NCBI GenBank assembly: GCA_944351395.1
Contig: CALVPP010000002.1
Coordinates: 1-57,619, forward strand
Direction of reading: 5' to 3'
Length of the DNA: 57,619 bases
From: an uncultured Bacilli bacterium
Lineage (GTDB): Bacteria > Bacillota_I > Bacilli_A > RFN20 > CAG-826
Shown here: piece by piece, positions 27,621 through 38,004 of the stretch
How the letters are laid out: every line of letters starts with the position of its first letter
Numbering within the stretch: the stretch's first letter is position 1
Made by a program: the position numbers and the translations under genes
Notes under the pieces: generated by a model
Databases searched by the model: none
Seen by the model: only the letters and a program-made list of their open reading frames with translations
What the model was told of the DNA's origin: nothing

Positions 27621-28649
27621 TTATTTTTTATCGTTGACAAAGAAACTACCGTTTGGATAACAAGCACGAACTGTTTCTCTTATCGCTTCATCCAATCCAC
27701 CACGTGTAAGATGTAGTTCTTTAGCCACTTCATCTAAGACCTTTTCTGGAACGACGACGTCGTGAGTCATAATATCCTTCATGACATAACCAAAATCAAG
27801 ACCAGGTTCTAAACCTTTCTTAAGTTCACTCTTCATGACCGCTTTTCCACCCATGACGATGAAACAACGTGGAGCGTTATGTACTTTATGAGGTTTTTTA
27901 CCTGTTCCTTTATATAATTCATCGAGCATCGTCTCTAACATGTAATGGTACGACTTATTTTCATCACCGATAGGATAACGCATACCATCTTTACCATAAA
28001 GAATCGCTCCGACACCAGATTCAGCAATATGTTTGACAGTCGTCATCGTCGTCTTACCATTAGGGAAGAATATCATCTTCTTGCCTTTGATAAAACGATC
28101 TAAGAAGACTCCTTTCCAAAGTGGTTCGCGACCATGAACTGTGCCGAAGATGTAAGGAAGTTCGAGCACGACTACTTCCATCTTACCTTTTTCTTCGTTC
28201 AATTTTCTTGCTTGTTCCACTCTTGCTCTCACGTATGGGTGGCGTTCGGCAAGTTTAAGTTCAGGCATCTCACGATCAAAATAAGCAAAATAAGAATTGT
28301 AGACGACAGATTTTTTCACTCCTGCATCTCTTGCTGCTCTAAATACTTTAGCGCAATCTTCAACTAAATGTTGGCGGAAGAATGGGGCAGCGGGCGCCTT
28401 TGGGGTGACGCGATCATCTGGTCCCACAGAATAAATCATATAATCAAAGCCTTTTAAAGCTTCTTTAATTTCTTCTTCGCTAGCTTTAAAAACATCTAAA
28501 ACTTTGATGTGCACTTTCTTTTTAAAATCTTCTTCGATATCGACATCGTCAATAGAAATAGATGTGACATCAAATCCTTGCTCAATGGCGAGCATAGCGG
28601 TGTGGTGGCCTAATAGACCAGTACCGCCAATGATGGCTAGTTTTTTCAT
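27621..28649 (-). CDS. NAD(P)-binding Rossmann-fold oxidoreductase (extended SDR / epimerase-dehydratase-like family)
   Basis: N-terminal MKKLAIIGGTGLLGHH matches the GxxGxxG motif, and the length is 342 aa. The specific substrate is not inferable. Confidence 0.65.
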   Translation of the reverse strand: MKKLAIIGGTGLLGHHTAMLAIEQGFDVTSISIDDVDIEEDFKKKVHIKVLDVFKASEEEIKEALKGFDYMIYSVGPDDRVTPKAPAAPFFRQHLVEDCAKVFRAARDAGVKKSVVYNSYFAYFDREMPELKLAERHPYVRARVEQARKLNEEKGKMEVVVLELPYIFGTVHGREPLWKGVFLDRFIKGKKMIFFPNGKTTMTTVKHIAESGVGAILYGKDGMRYPIGDENKSYHYMLETMLDELYKGTGKKPHKVHNAPRCFIVMGGKAVMKSELKKGLEPGLDFGYVMKDIMTHDVVVPEKVLDEVAKELHLTRGGLDEAIRETVRACYPNGSFFVNDKK

Positions 28650-28802
28650 AATGATAACTCCTTAAAATATAATCTTTGTCATTATCGACGCTAAACAAAT
28701 AATAAAACAAAAATATTTGTAAATAAACATTTTATTGAAAAAGAAATTTGTTAATTATTTTTATATTATGTACATTAAATTGTAAAAAATTTATTAAAAG
28801 TC

Positions 28803-30779
28803 TTAATTTTGTGATTTTAATTCAAATAATACATCACGAATTTGAATCGCTTTTTCAAAATCATAAGCCTTAGCAGCTTCTCTCATTTCCTTTTCAAGCC
28901 TTCTTATTTCTCTATCTAGTTCAGACTTAGTGAGTTTAGCTTTCTTCTTAGCAACATCCACTTCTTCTTTTTCATAGTAATGTATCGGGGCGAAAATCTC
29001 TTTTTTTATCGTTTGAGGAACTATCCCATATTCGTCATTATATGATGCTTGTTTTTCTCTTCTTCTATTAGTTTCATCGATGGCTTCTTTCATGCTCATC
29101 GTCATATGATCAGCATACATTATCACTTCGCCATTCGCATTTCTCGCCGCACGACCAATAATTTGTATGAGAGAGCGGGTGGATCTTAAAAAACCTTCTT
29201 TGTCCGCATCTAAAATTGCAATCAAAGATACTTCTGGCAAATCTAATCCTTCTCTTAATAAATTGATGCCAACTAACACATCGTATTTGCCTTTTCTAAC
29301 TTCGTAAATGATTTGGCTTCTTTCTAAGGTTTTTGTTTCGTTATGCAAATAGACGGTTTTAATATCTCTTTCTTTTAAATATTTGGTCAAATCTTCAGCC
29401 ATTTTAATCGTCAAAGTGCAAACGATGACACGTTCTTGTCTTTCGGTGCGTTTTTTAATTTCATAAATTAAATCATCTATTTGTCCTAATGTTGGGCGAA
29501 GAGAAATAGATGGGTCAAGCAATCCAGTCGGGCGTATGATTTGTTCGATAATGTGTCCTCTTGCTTCTTTTAATTCGTAATCGCCGGGTGTCGCAGAAGT
29601 ACATATTGTTTGAGGCATCAATTTTTCAAATTCTTCGAACGATAATGGGCGATTATCTAGGGCACTTGGTAATCTAAAACCGTAGTCCACTAATGTGACT
29701 TTACGAGAATGATCGCCATTATACATGCCGCGAAGTTGAGGAAAAGTAACATGGCTTTCATCGACGACGAGAAGGAAATCCTTTGGAAAATAGTCTAAAA
29801 GGCAAAACGGTCTCTCGCCAGGCTTACGACCATCGATATGACGCGAATAGTTTTCGATGCCTGGACACATGCCAAATTCGCGTAATGACTCTATATCCTG
29901 TCTCGTGCGTAATTCTAATCTTTCTTTTTCTAACGGCTTGTTTTGTTCATCAAAATATTTGAGCCGCTCCTCAAGTTCAGCACTTATACTATCGCAAGCG
30001 CGTCTAATTCTTGCGCGCGTTGAAGCGTGTTCATAGGCAGGAAAAACGAAATAAGAAATTAGTTTTTCTTTAACTTGACCAGTTAATGGATCGACACTAT
30101 GAATACTTTCGACTTCATCACCAAAAGTATCGATACGTATGAGAAATTCATCGCTGTGCGGAGGCATGATTTCAATGACATCTCCTCTCACTCTGAACGT
30201 ACCCGGTTTGAGTTCCATATTATTTCTTACGTATTGAGCGTCTATAAGAGATGAAAATAATTTTTTCTGGTCAAGTGTTTCGCCCACTCTTATAGAAAAA
30301 ACTAAATTGCGATATTCATCTGGGTCCGTTAAACCGTAAATCGAGGCGACGCTAGCGACGATGATAGTGTCTTTTCTTTCTAATAATGAATTGATTGCGG
30401 ATGTTCTAAGCATCTCAATCTCTTCATTCATAAGTGCAGTTTTATCAATATGCGTATCAGTCTTAGGTAAATAGGCTTCTGGTTGATAAAAATCAAAATT
30501 TGAGACGAAATATTCAACCCTATTATGCGGAAAAAGCTCCTTAAATTCCGCATAAAGTTGTCCAGCAAGCGTCTTATTATGTACGATGACTAAAGTTGGT
30601 TTTTGTACTTTTTCTATAACATTAGCTATAGTAAAAGTTTTACCAGTTCCTGTCGCACCTAAAAGAACTTGTAGATGCACCCCATCATTTAAACCTGAAA
30701 CTAAGCCCTTAATAGCTTCTGGTTGATCGCCGGTCGGCGCATAATTCGCTTCGATTTTAAATAAATGTTGATCGTTCAT
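28803..30779 (-). CDS. uvrB: Excinuclease ABC subunit B
   Basis: N-terminus FKIEANYAPTGDQPEAI, Walker A GATGTGKTFT, DESH box, and a C-terminal UVR domain (EFEKAIQIRD-type: FEKAIQIRDVLFELK). Confidence 0.95.
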   Translation of the reverse strand: MNDQHLFKIEANYAPTGDQPEAIKGLVSGLNDGVHLQVLLGATGTGKTFTIANVIEKVQKPTLVIVHNKTLAGQLYAEFKELFPHNRVEYFVSNFDFYQPEAYLPKTDTHIDKTALMNEEIEMLRTSAINSLLERKDTIIVASVASIYGLTDPDEYRNLVFSIRVGETLDQKKLFSSLIDAQYVRNNMELKPGTFRVRGDVIEIMPPHSDEFLIRIDTFGDEVESIHSVDPLTGQVKEKLISYFVFPAYEHASTRARIRRACDSISAELEERLKYFDEQNKPLEKERLELRTRQDIESLREFGMCPGIENYSRHIDGRKPGERPFCLLDYFPKDFLLVVDESHVTFPQLRGMYNGDHSRKVTLVDYGFRLPSALDNRPLSFEEFEKLMPQTICTSATPGDYELKEARGHIIEQIIRPTGLLDPSISLRPTLGQIDDLIYEIKKRTERQERVIVCTLTIKMAEDLTKYLKERDIKTVYLHNETKTLERSQIIYEVRKGKYDVLVGINLLREGLDLPEVSLIAILDADKEGFLRSTRSLIQIIGRAARNANGEVIMYADHMTMSMKEAIDETNRRREKQASYNDEYGIVPQTIKKEIFAPIHYYEKEEVDVAKKKAKLTKSELDREIRRLEKEMREAAKAYDFEKAIQIRDVLFELKSQN

Positions 30780-31759
30780 CGATTTTTTCTTCTCTTCTTG
30801 CTATGTTTAGCAAAACCTTCACCATATACTGCATCCGTCTGCGTGTAGGTGACAAAAGCGAGAGGATCGATACGTGCAATACCTTCTTTTACTTGGTTTA
30901 GTTCACTACGTGTAAAGACGACTTTGATGAGCACATATTCAGCTTGCTTATAGCCACCTTTAACAGTTACTAGTGTTGTTCCTCTTCCAATATCGTCTTG
31001 TAAGAAACGATTAATCTCTTCCCATTTGTTAGATATGATTTCAGCAATTAAAGAAGTGTGTCTTAGACGAATATAAACGACTTCTATCATAGTCGCTGTC
31101 ACGAAAGCACTAATCATACCGACTAACCCCTGCACGAGGTTATTTGGGATGACGAACATACCGACGATGATGATGCTGGCGTCGATGATAAAAGAGGCGA
31201 TAGATTGTCTAATTTTTAAATACTTATTAGCCACAAAAGCTAAAATATCCACTCCACCAGTCGTGCCATTGCCTAAGAAAGTGAGTGCACATCCAACACC
31301 GACGAATACACCTCCAAACACACCGCAAAGAATGATGCGTCCTACATCACTACTTTCACTTATAGGCACGATTTGTGAGATGATGACTTCATTAAACCAA
31401 GGTACACGATAAAAAAGCATCAAAGCAAAAGGATAGACAATCGTCGACACGAGAGTGTTAAAAGAGAACTTTACTCCTAAAAGTAATAATCCGATGAAAA
31501 ATAACACCCATTGAGCGATGAGAACGGTCATATCGAACCAATAAGGCCCCGCATATTCACTTACGATCATCGCGATACCGCTTAACCCACCAGCGACGAT
31601 GTTTAAAGGCTCTAAAAATATAGCTGTGCCAAACGCTAGGAGAAAATTACCTAAAATAATTAATAAAATGTGAAATAAAAACCTTTTTGCCTCTTTCTTC
31701 GTACGAGGTAATAAAGATAAAAGGTCGTTTTTTGCGTCGACAAAATATTTTTTAAGCAT
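30776..31759 (-). CDS. YitT-family membrane protein (DUF2179 C-terminal domain)
   Basis: Polytopic N-terminal part with GGLSGIAMI and GGVDILA motifs, plus a soluble C-terminal ~80 aa. It overlaps both prfB and uvrB. Confidence 0.75.
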   Translation of the reverse strand: MLKKYFVDAKNDLLSLLPRTKKEAKRFLFHILLIILGNFLLAFGTAIFLEPLNIVAGGLSGIAMIVSEYAGPYWFDMTVLIAQWVLFFIGLLLLGVKFSFNTLVSTIVYPFALMLFYRVPWFNEVIISQIVPISESSDVGRIILCGVFGGVFVGVGCALTFLGNGTTGGVDILAFVANKYLKIRQSIASFIIDASIIIVGMFVIPNNLVQGLVGMISAFVTATMIEVVYIRLRHTSLIAEIISNKWEEINRFLQDDIGRGTTLVTVKGGYKQAEYVLIKVVFTRSELNQVKEGIARIDPLAFVTYTQTDAVYGEGFAKHSKKRRKNR

Positions 31760-32859
31760 TATCTTTAACCTCTTTCTCTAACATGGCATTGATGAAACCA
31801 TCAATTTCGCCATCCATGGCACGATAGACATCAGCCTCTTCATAATTCGTTCTATTATCTTTTACGAGAGTATATGGACAGAAGACGTAAGAGCGAATTT
31901 GATTGCCCCACTCGATATTTTTCTTATCTCCCGCGATAGCGTTTAAATTTTTCTTTTTGAGTTCTAATTCTCTTTCATAAAGCTTAGCTTTGAGCATGCG
32001 CATCGCATATTCTTTATTAGCTAGTTGGCTTCTTTCTATTTGACATTGAGTGACAATACCTGTAGGGAGATGGGTAATGCGAACTGCTGTCTCAACTTTA
32101 TTGACGTTTTGACCCCCTGCACCACCACTACGATAAGTATCTACTCTCAAATCTTTATCATCTATCTTGATATCGATATCATCTTTAAATTCAGGAATGA
32201 TTGAAAAAGAAGCGAAAGAAGTGTGTCTTCTTTTATTTGCGTCAAATGGCGAAATTCTCACTAATCTATGGACACCTTTTTCGCATTTTAGAAGACCGTA
32301 AGCATTTTTACCTTCTACTTTAAATGTGACGGATTTAATACCTGCCTCATCGCCATCTTCATAATTCAAAATTGTCACTTTAAAGTGATGTTTTTCAGCG
32401 TAACGAGTATACATACGATAAAGCATATCGGCCCAATCTTGCGATTCGGTACCACCAGCGCCAGGATGAATTTCACATATCGCATTTAAATGATCATATT
32501 CGCCACGGAAAAGAACATCTAATCTAAAAGCATCAAATTCTTTTTTAAATTTCTTCCATTCAGTATCGATTTCATCTAAGAAACTGGTATCCTCGCTCGC
32601 TAATAAGAACAAGTCTTCTAAATTCTTACAATCGTCTAGTAATTTTTGATGGTTTTCAACTAAATCTTTTTTGTTATTGAGTTCATCAATAATCTTTACT
32701 GCATGATTTCTATCATCCCAAAAATGGTCATCATTGACTTCATCTTCTAATTTCTTAATTTCTTCTTTAAGTTTAGGTAGGTCAAAGTGAATCACCTAAC
32801 TTATCGATGACGAGCTTTGCATCTTCTAAACTATTTTTTAATATGTTTAAATCTTGCAT
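31752..32859 (-). CDS. prfB: Peptide chain release factor 2, requiring a programmed +1 frameshift
   Basis: Frame 0 is [28 protein letters not shown] (32859..32782). The +1 frame continues DLPKLKEEI... with the SPF and GGQ motifs ([18 protein letters not shown]). The start overlaps the secA stop (TAATG). Confidence 0.92.
32781..32800 (-). promoter_or_regulatory. RF2 autoregulatory +1 frameshift site (SD-like AGGTGAT, 3-nt spacer, CTT-TGA-C)
   Basis: The minus strand reads TAGGTGATTCACTTTGAC. The layout matches E. coli AGGGGGTATCTTTGAC: an internal SD-like element, a 3-nt spacer, then CUU UGA C. Confidence 0.9.
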
Positions 32860-35270
32860 TATTTCTTTTCCTCATCATTGTTTTTTAATTCTTGCTCACC
32901 GCTTGGTACTTCTTCAGCTTTGGGTGTCAAATTAGGTTTAATATTTAAAAGGTTTAAAACAGTATCGGTAGAAGCTGTTTCTAACATTTCGCGATAATGG
33001 TCATAACCTTCATTCACATAAGCTTGAAGAGGATTCGTCCCAGCATAACTACGTAGGTGAATCGTGTCGCGAAGTCTTGCCATCGTATCAATATGGCGAG
33101 TCCAGTTCCTATCGATGCAGACGAGCGCTATTTCTCTTTCTAACTTATTAGCGACATCTTCAGGCCATTCTTCTTTTCTTTTGAGATATCTAGCATAAAG
33201 AACTTCACCTAAATCTTGTCCAGCTTCATCGATGGGCGCTTCTTCATATAATTGAGGTTTTAAACTGCCGTTGGGAAGGAAACGTGGTTCACATTCTTTC
33301 TTTAAAAGTTCGCCAGAAACGACATGAATATTGTCGGGCATTGCCGCTCTTTTTGCTAAAAATAAACCAGTATTGGTAAAGAATTCTCTTAGAACACCAG
33401 AAATATCATCGCCTAATAAAATTTTATCGCGAATATCATAAATTGCTTGTCTTTGTTTACTTAAGACATCGTCATAATCTAACAAATTTTTACGAATATC
33501 GAAGTTTTGACCTTCGATACGTTTTTGTGCACTAGTGGTGATGTAAGTCATCATCTTGCTCTCTAAAGGCTCAGATTCATTACCTTTAAATTGTGTTCTT
33601 AATTTATCAGCAAAGGAGTCGCCAAAACGTAAGATGAGTTGATCATCAAGTGCGGTGTAAAAACGAGAGAAACCTGGATCGCCTTGACGACCACTACGAC
33701 CTCTTAGCTGATTATCGATACGGCGTGATTCATGTCTTTCTGTGCCAAACACGCATAAGCCACCTAATTTCTTCACCTCGTCATTAATCTTGATATCGGT
33801 ACCACGGCCGGCCATGTTCGTCGCAAGCGTAATCGCCCCTTTTTCGCCAGCGTGAGAAATAATTTCTGCTTCTCGAGCGTGGTTTTTAGCGTTTAACATC
33901 TCGTGTTTTAAACCAGCTTGATCTAATAATTTTGATACTTCTTCGCTCGATTCAACAGAAACTGTACCGATGAGGATAGGTTGTCCTTTTTCGTGCCTTT
34001 CTTTCACTTCATTGATGAGCGCTTTTAATTTCATGTCATGATTTAGATACATGTAATCAATTGCGTCTTCACGAGCGACAGGCAAATTTGTCGGCACTTG
34101 CACGACGCGCATATTGTAAATCTTACGGAATTCTTCTTCTTCTGTTTTCGCTGTACCAGTCATACCTGATAATTTTTTGTAGAGCCTAAAGAAGTTTTGA
34201 TAAGTAATCGTCGCCATCGTAATCGTTTCTTGCTTAATTTTCACGTTCTCTTTAGCTTGAATTGCTTGATGTAGACCATCGCTATATTCACGACCTTTGA
34301 GAATACGACCAGTGAACTGATCAATTAGTTGAATTTCATTGTCTTGATCAACCATATATTCGACATCGCGTTGCATGATGTAATTAGCTTTTAAAGCTTG
34401 ATGAATTCTATGAACTAAATCAGCATATTGTGGGTCATATATATTTTTGACACCGAACATACGACAAGCTTTATCATTACCTGCATCAGTCAAATTACAA
34501 GTTTTGGTCTTAATATCGATGACGAAATCTTTATCTTTTTTAAGAGTTTTAACGAACCTATCAGCAACTGTGTATTGGCTTGGCGCTGCCTTTGCACCAC
34601 CGGAAATGATGAGCGGGGTTCTGCTTTCATCGATAAGAATAGAGTCCGCTTCATCGATAACTGCATATTCTAAGCCGCGCAAGACTCGTCTATCGCGATT
34701 TTGTACCATGTTATCTCTAAGATAATCAAAACCAACTTCTGAGTTAGTCGTGTAAGTAATATCGCATAAATAAGCTTCCTTTTTCTCGCTCGGAGTAAGT
34801 TCTCTTAAATTACATCCGACAGTGAGACCTAAGAAACGATAAATTTGTCCCATCCAATCTGCGTCACGTTGAGCAAGATATTCGTTCACAGTGACGACGT
34901 GTGCGCCTTTACCATTAAGTGCGTTCAAATAGATGGTCATAGTCGCGGTAAGAGTTTTACCTTCACCAGTCTTCATCTCAGCGACATCACCATCGTGTAA
35001 CACTAAAGCACCCATGATTTGGACTTTATAAGGAAATTGGCCTAAACAACGACGAGCTGCTTCCCTTGCAACAGCAAATGCTTCAAACTTTATGTCTTCC
35101 AAAGTTTTTCCTTGCTTTAATAATTCCTTAAAGTAAGGTGTCTTGGCTTTCAATTCTTCGTCGCTCAAATTTTTCATCGTTTCTTCGTAAGCGATGACTT
35201 TATTCGCTTGTCTAGCGTATTTTTTAATTCTTCTTCTGTCAAAGCCTAGTATTCTCTCTAACGCTCCCAT
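32859..35270 (-). CDS. secA: Preprotein translocase ATPase SecA (no C-terminal zinc-binding tail)
   Basis: MKTGEGKTLTATM (Walker A), VIDEADSILIDE (DEAD-like), TNMAGRGTDI, and LRGRSGRQGDPG. It ends in an acidic tail without the CxC..C(H/C) motif. Confidence 0.95.
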   Translation of the reverse strand: MGALERILGFDRRRIKKYARQANKVIAYEETMKNLSDEELKAKTPYFKELLKQGKTLEDIKFEAFAVAREAARRCLGQFPYKVQIMGALVLHDGDVAEMKTGEGKTLTATMTIYLNALNGKGAHVVTVNEYLAQRDADWMGQIYRFLGLTVGCNLRELTPSEKKEAYLCDITYTTNSEVGFDYLRDNMVQNRDRRVLRGLEYAVIDEADSILIDESRTPLIISGGAKAAPSQYTVADRFVKTLKKDKDFVIDIKTKTCNLTDAGNDKACRMFGVKNIYDPQYADLVHRIHQALKANYIMQRDVEYMVDQDNEIQLIDQFTGRILKGREYSDGLHQAIQAKENVKIKQETITMATITYQNFFRLYKKLSGMTGTAKTEEEEFRKIYNMRVVQVPTNLPVAREDAIDYMYLNHDMKLKALINEVKERHEKGQPILIGTVSVESSEEVSKLLDQAGLKHEMLNAKNHAREAEIISHAGEKGAITLATNMAGRGTDIKINDEVKKLGGLCVFGTERHESRRIDNQLRGRSGRQGDPGFSRFYTALDDQLILRFGDSFADKLRTQFKGNESEPLESKMMTYITTSAQKRIEGQNFDIRKNLLDYDDVLSKQRQAIYDIRDKILLGDDISGVLREFFTNTGLFLAKRAAMPDNIHVVSGELLKKECEPRFLPNGSLKPQLYEEAPIDEAGQDLGEVLYARYLKRKEEWPEDVANKLEREIALVCIDRNWTRHIDTMARLRDTIHLRSYAGTNPLQAYVNEGYDHYREMLETASTDTVLNLLNIKPNLTPKAEEVPSGEQELKNNDEEKK

Positions 35271-35394
35271 AAATACCTCTCTATCTTTTTTATTAATTTA
35301 AATTTTCGATGTCTTTAATTATATTATTAAAAAGTAAAAACTTTAACTACATTTATTATATACACGTAAAAGCGTGCACTAATGCAGTTTAATT

Positions 35395-36288
35395 TTATAA
35401 GCTGTGTTTTAAATATCTCGCATTATCTACAAGATCGTCAATTGCGCCACTATTTAAATCATTCAAATTGTAAATGTTATCTAATATATCAAAAGTTTCT
35501 TTTAAATTATTTTTTGCATCATTCCAACCTATTCCATCAGTGAACCAAACAAAATGAAATTTATTGATAGATTTTGCTTCTAACGCTAATGTCTTATAAC
35601 TTCTAGCTGTTTCGTTTAATTTAGAACCTGATGATGAGTAAAAATTGCACTCGCAAGCGTAAATATCACCAAAAGCCCCAATAAATACAAAATCAAAACG
35701 TTTTTCTGTTTTGCCTTTATTAGATATGTTAGACAAGTCTAAATGGAATTTTCTTTCAACTTCGCTAATACACATCTCTTTAAAATAGGTCACATTTTTC
35801 TTTAGCCCCGCCTTAACAAGATAAGACTCAACAAGATCTTCCATGATGTGACCACTTCTGTTTTTTCTTGCGTTTGAATCCAAACCAACTTCTATCCCTA
35901 ATACATAATCGACCAAATTATTTATGATGTGATTTTCTAAAAGATCGAACAATCCACTATTACGCATAAAAAGAACATATTGATCAATCGAATAAGACAT
36001 TTTGTTAAAATCAAAAAGATAACTCGCATCGACGTCTTCAATTTGAATTTCTAATTCACGCTTAGCAAGTAGAATAGGAATGGTCTTTAAAACATTAGGA
36101 TATTCTTTAACGATAGCAACAAAATCTTCTTCGATATTTTTCGATGCAATAAGCGAATTAAGTATGTTTAATTCAATTTTGATTTTATCAACATTACCAT
36201 AAACTTTTTTAAAATCTGTGTAATATGTCCAAGTCGATACACTACTTTTCATAGTAGATAACCACTGCACAAAATCTCTTGTTTTCAT
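35395..36288 (-). CDS. dpnB: Type II restriction endonuclease, DpnII/MboI family (predicted GATC specificity)
   Basis: Collinear with my recollection of pneumococcal R.DpnII: WLSTM..WTYYTDF.KVY.NV..IK..LNI.NSLI.SKNI.EDF, GRKNR-like NARKNRSG, KRFDFV, NFYSSSGSKLNETARSYK, and TDG.GW..AKNNL.ETFDIL. Confidence 0.85.
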   Translation of the reverse strand: MKTRDFVQWLSTMKSSVSTWTYYTDFKKVYGNVDKIKIELNILNSLIASKNIEEDFVAIVKEYPNVLKTIPILLAKRELEIQIEDVDASYLFDFNKMSYSIDQYVLFMRNSGLFDLLENHIINNLVDYVLGIEVGLDSNARKNRSGHIMEDLVESYLVKAGLKKNVTYFKEMCISEVERKFHLDLSNISNKGKTEKRFDFVFIGAFGDIYACECNFYSSSGSKLNETARSYKTLALEAKSINKFHFVWFTDGIGWNDAKNNLKETFDILDNIYNLNDLNSGAIDDLVDNARYLKHSL

Positions 36289-36291
36289 CGT

Positions 36292-37089
36292 TTAACCTCC
36301 TAAATATCTTTTCTTTGTTAATTCAAGATAAGTTTCGTTTATCTCGATTCCTATGTATTTTCGATTCATAGAATGGGCTACTATACCAGTCGTACCAGAC
36401 CCATTAAATGGATCTAATATCAAATCATTTTCTTTTGTAGACGCCTTGATAAGTCGCTCTAATAGTCTTATGGGTTTTTGGGTAGGATGATTGCCATATT
36501 TTTTTTCTTTTCTCGTAGTAGTTGATAAAGCGAGTATAGGGTTTTCCTCAAAAATCCAAACATCTTTCATTTGCTTTCCACCATTTTCTTGTTTCATCTC
36601 CTCATAATTGAAATAATGATTACCTTTTTTCTTAGTTGTAAGCTGCTTACGCGCCCAAATAATTGTTTCAGTTGAATGAGCGAATGAACGACAAGATAAG
36701 TTGGGTGCAGGATTTGTTTTCTGCCAAATGATATTATTTATGATTGAAAAGCCTTCCATCTCAAGAGCGACGCCTATGGCGTACACACTATGTAAGGTGG
36801 AACTTATCATAATGGTGCCATCGTCTTTTAATACTTTGCGGCAAAGAAAAATCCATCGACGATGAAATTCAATTTTCTCTTCTATCGTAAGTGAAAGATC
36901 CCATTCACCTTTATCGACAGAAACTTGTTTGCCGCTATGACAAGAAATACCTCCGCTAGATAAAAAATAAGGAGGGTCTGCAAATATCATATCAATTGTT
37001 TTAATTTCAATAGTCTCAAGAATTTTAAAACAATCGCCTTTTAATAAAATGAAATTGTCATCTTGAAAATAAATATCTGTTTTTTTCAT
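36292..37089 (-). CDS. dpnA: N6-adenine DNA methyltransferase, DpnA-like (second methylase of DpnII-type systems)
   Basis: MIFADPPYFLSSGG (motif IV near the N-terminus), WQKTNPAPNLSCR, HSTETIIWARK, GKQMKDVW, HPTQKP, and LDPFNGSGTTG (motif I at the C-terminus). Confidence 0.85.
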   Translation of the reverse strand: MKKTDIYFQDDNFILLKGDCFKILETIEIKTIDMIFADPPYFLSSGGISCHSGKQVSVDKGEWDLSLTIEEKIEFHRRWIFLCRKVLKDDGTIMISSTLHSVYAIGVALEMEGFSIINNIIWQKTNPAPNLSCRSFAHSTETIIWARKQLTTKKKGNHYFNYEEMKQENGGKQMKDVWIFEENPILALSTTTRKEKKYGNHPTQKPIRLLERLIKASTKENDLILDPFNGSGTTGIVAHSMNRKYIGIEINETYLELTKKRYLGG

Positions 37090-37096
37090 ATTATTA

Positions 37097-37924
37097 TCAA
37101 TAGTTCGTGATGATTACTTCTTCAACATTTCCTCTGCCATCGGCTTTGGAATTAATCATTCTTTTCGCTTCTACGACGTGTATGTTAAAATCGCTATAAA
37201 TTTCTCGAATAAATTTCGTATTAGCGTTAGAGGCCATGACGAACACTCCTTTATCTGATAAGGATTTAACAAGTTTACATAATCTAATTTGTTCTTCCTT
37301 ACCAAATCCACCGCTGGTATAAGAGGTGAAAGATTGTTCAGCAACGACGTCGTAAGGAGGATCAAAATAAACAAAGTCACCTTTTTTAGCAGTTTTTACT
37401 GCTTCTTCAAAATCTTTACATAAAATAACAGGTTTTGTTTTAACAAAAAATTTATGTAGGGCGGCGATATTTTTATCATCAAAACAATGCACTTTAGCAT
37501 ATTTACCAGACGGAACATTAAAATAACCCTTTGCATTTACTCTATATAATCCATTAAAACATGCTTTATTTAAATATATGCATCGAGCAGCTTTGATGTA
37601 TAAAGGCAGTTTTGAAAAAGATTTTTTCCTATCTAAACTTCGAATTTCATAATAATATTCTTCCGAGTGGTTTTGTTCATGTTTTTTACATTCTTCAAAA
37701 AATAATTTAAACAATTTTTTGTTTCTCAAACATTTATAAATGGACATCAAATCTTTATTTGAATCATTAATACAAGCGCGATGTGGTTTTTTTTCTAAAA
37801 GTAAGGCTCCGCCACCGACAAAAGGTTCGTAATAATGTTTAAATTTTTTTGGCATATATTCGAGAAGTTTATTCATTATTTGCCTTTTTCCACCTGCCCA
37901 TTTAACAAAAGGTTGTAAATTCAT
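37097..37924 (-). CDS. dpnM: Dam-type N6-adenine DNA methyltransferase, DpnM-like (GATC)
   Basis: LQPFVKWAGGKRQI, YYEPFVGGGAL, FNGLYRVN, GDFVYFDPPY, and a C-terminal EVIITNY. Confidence 0.88.
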   Translation of the reverse strand: MNLQPFVKWAGGKRQIMNKLLEYMPKKFKHYYEPFVGGGALLLEKKPHRACINDSNKDLMSIYKCLRNKKLFKLFFEECKKHEQNHSEEYYYEIRSLDRKKSFSKLPLYIKAARCIYLNKACFNGLYRVNAKGYFNVPSGKYAKVHCFDDKNIAALHKFFVKTKPVILCKDFEEAVKTAKKGDFVYFDPPYDVVAEQSFTSYTSGGFGKEEQIRLCKLVKSLSDKGVFVMASNANTKFIREIYSDFNIHVVEAKRMINSKADGRGNVEEVIITNY

Positions 37925-38004
37925 ATCGGCTCCTTTTAAGACCTATTGATCTTAAAAGTATATTAGCACACGCTAACTCAAATAGATATAACTAGTTTAG
38001 TTTT

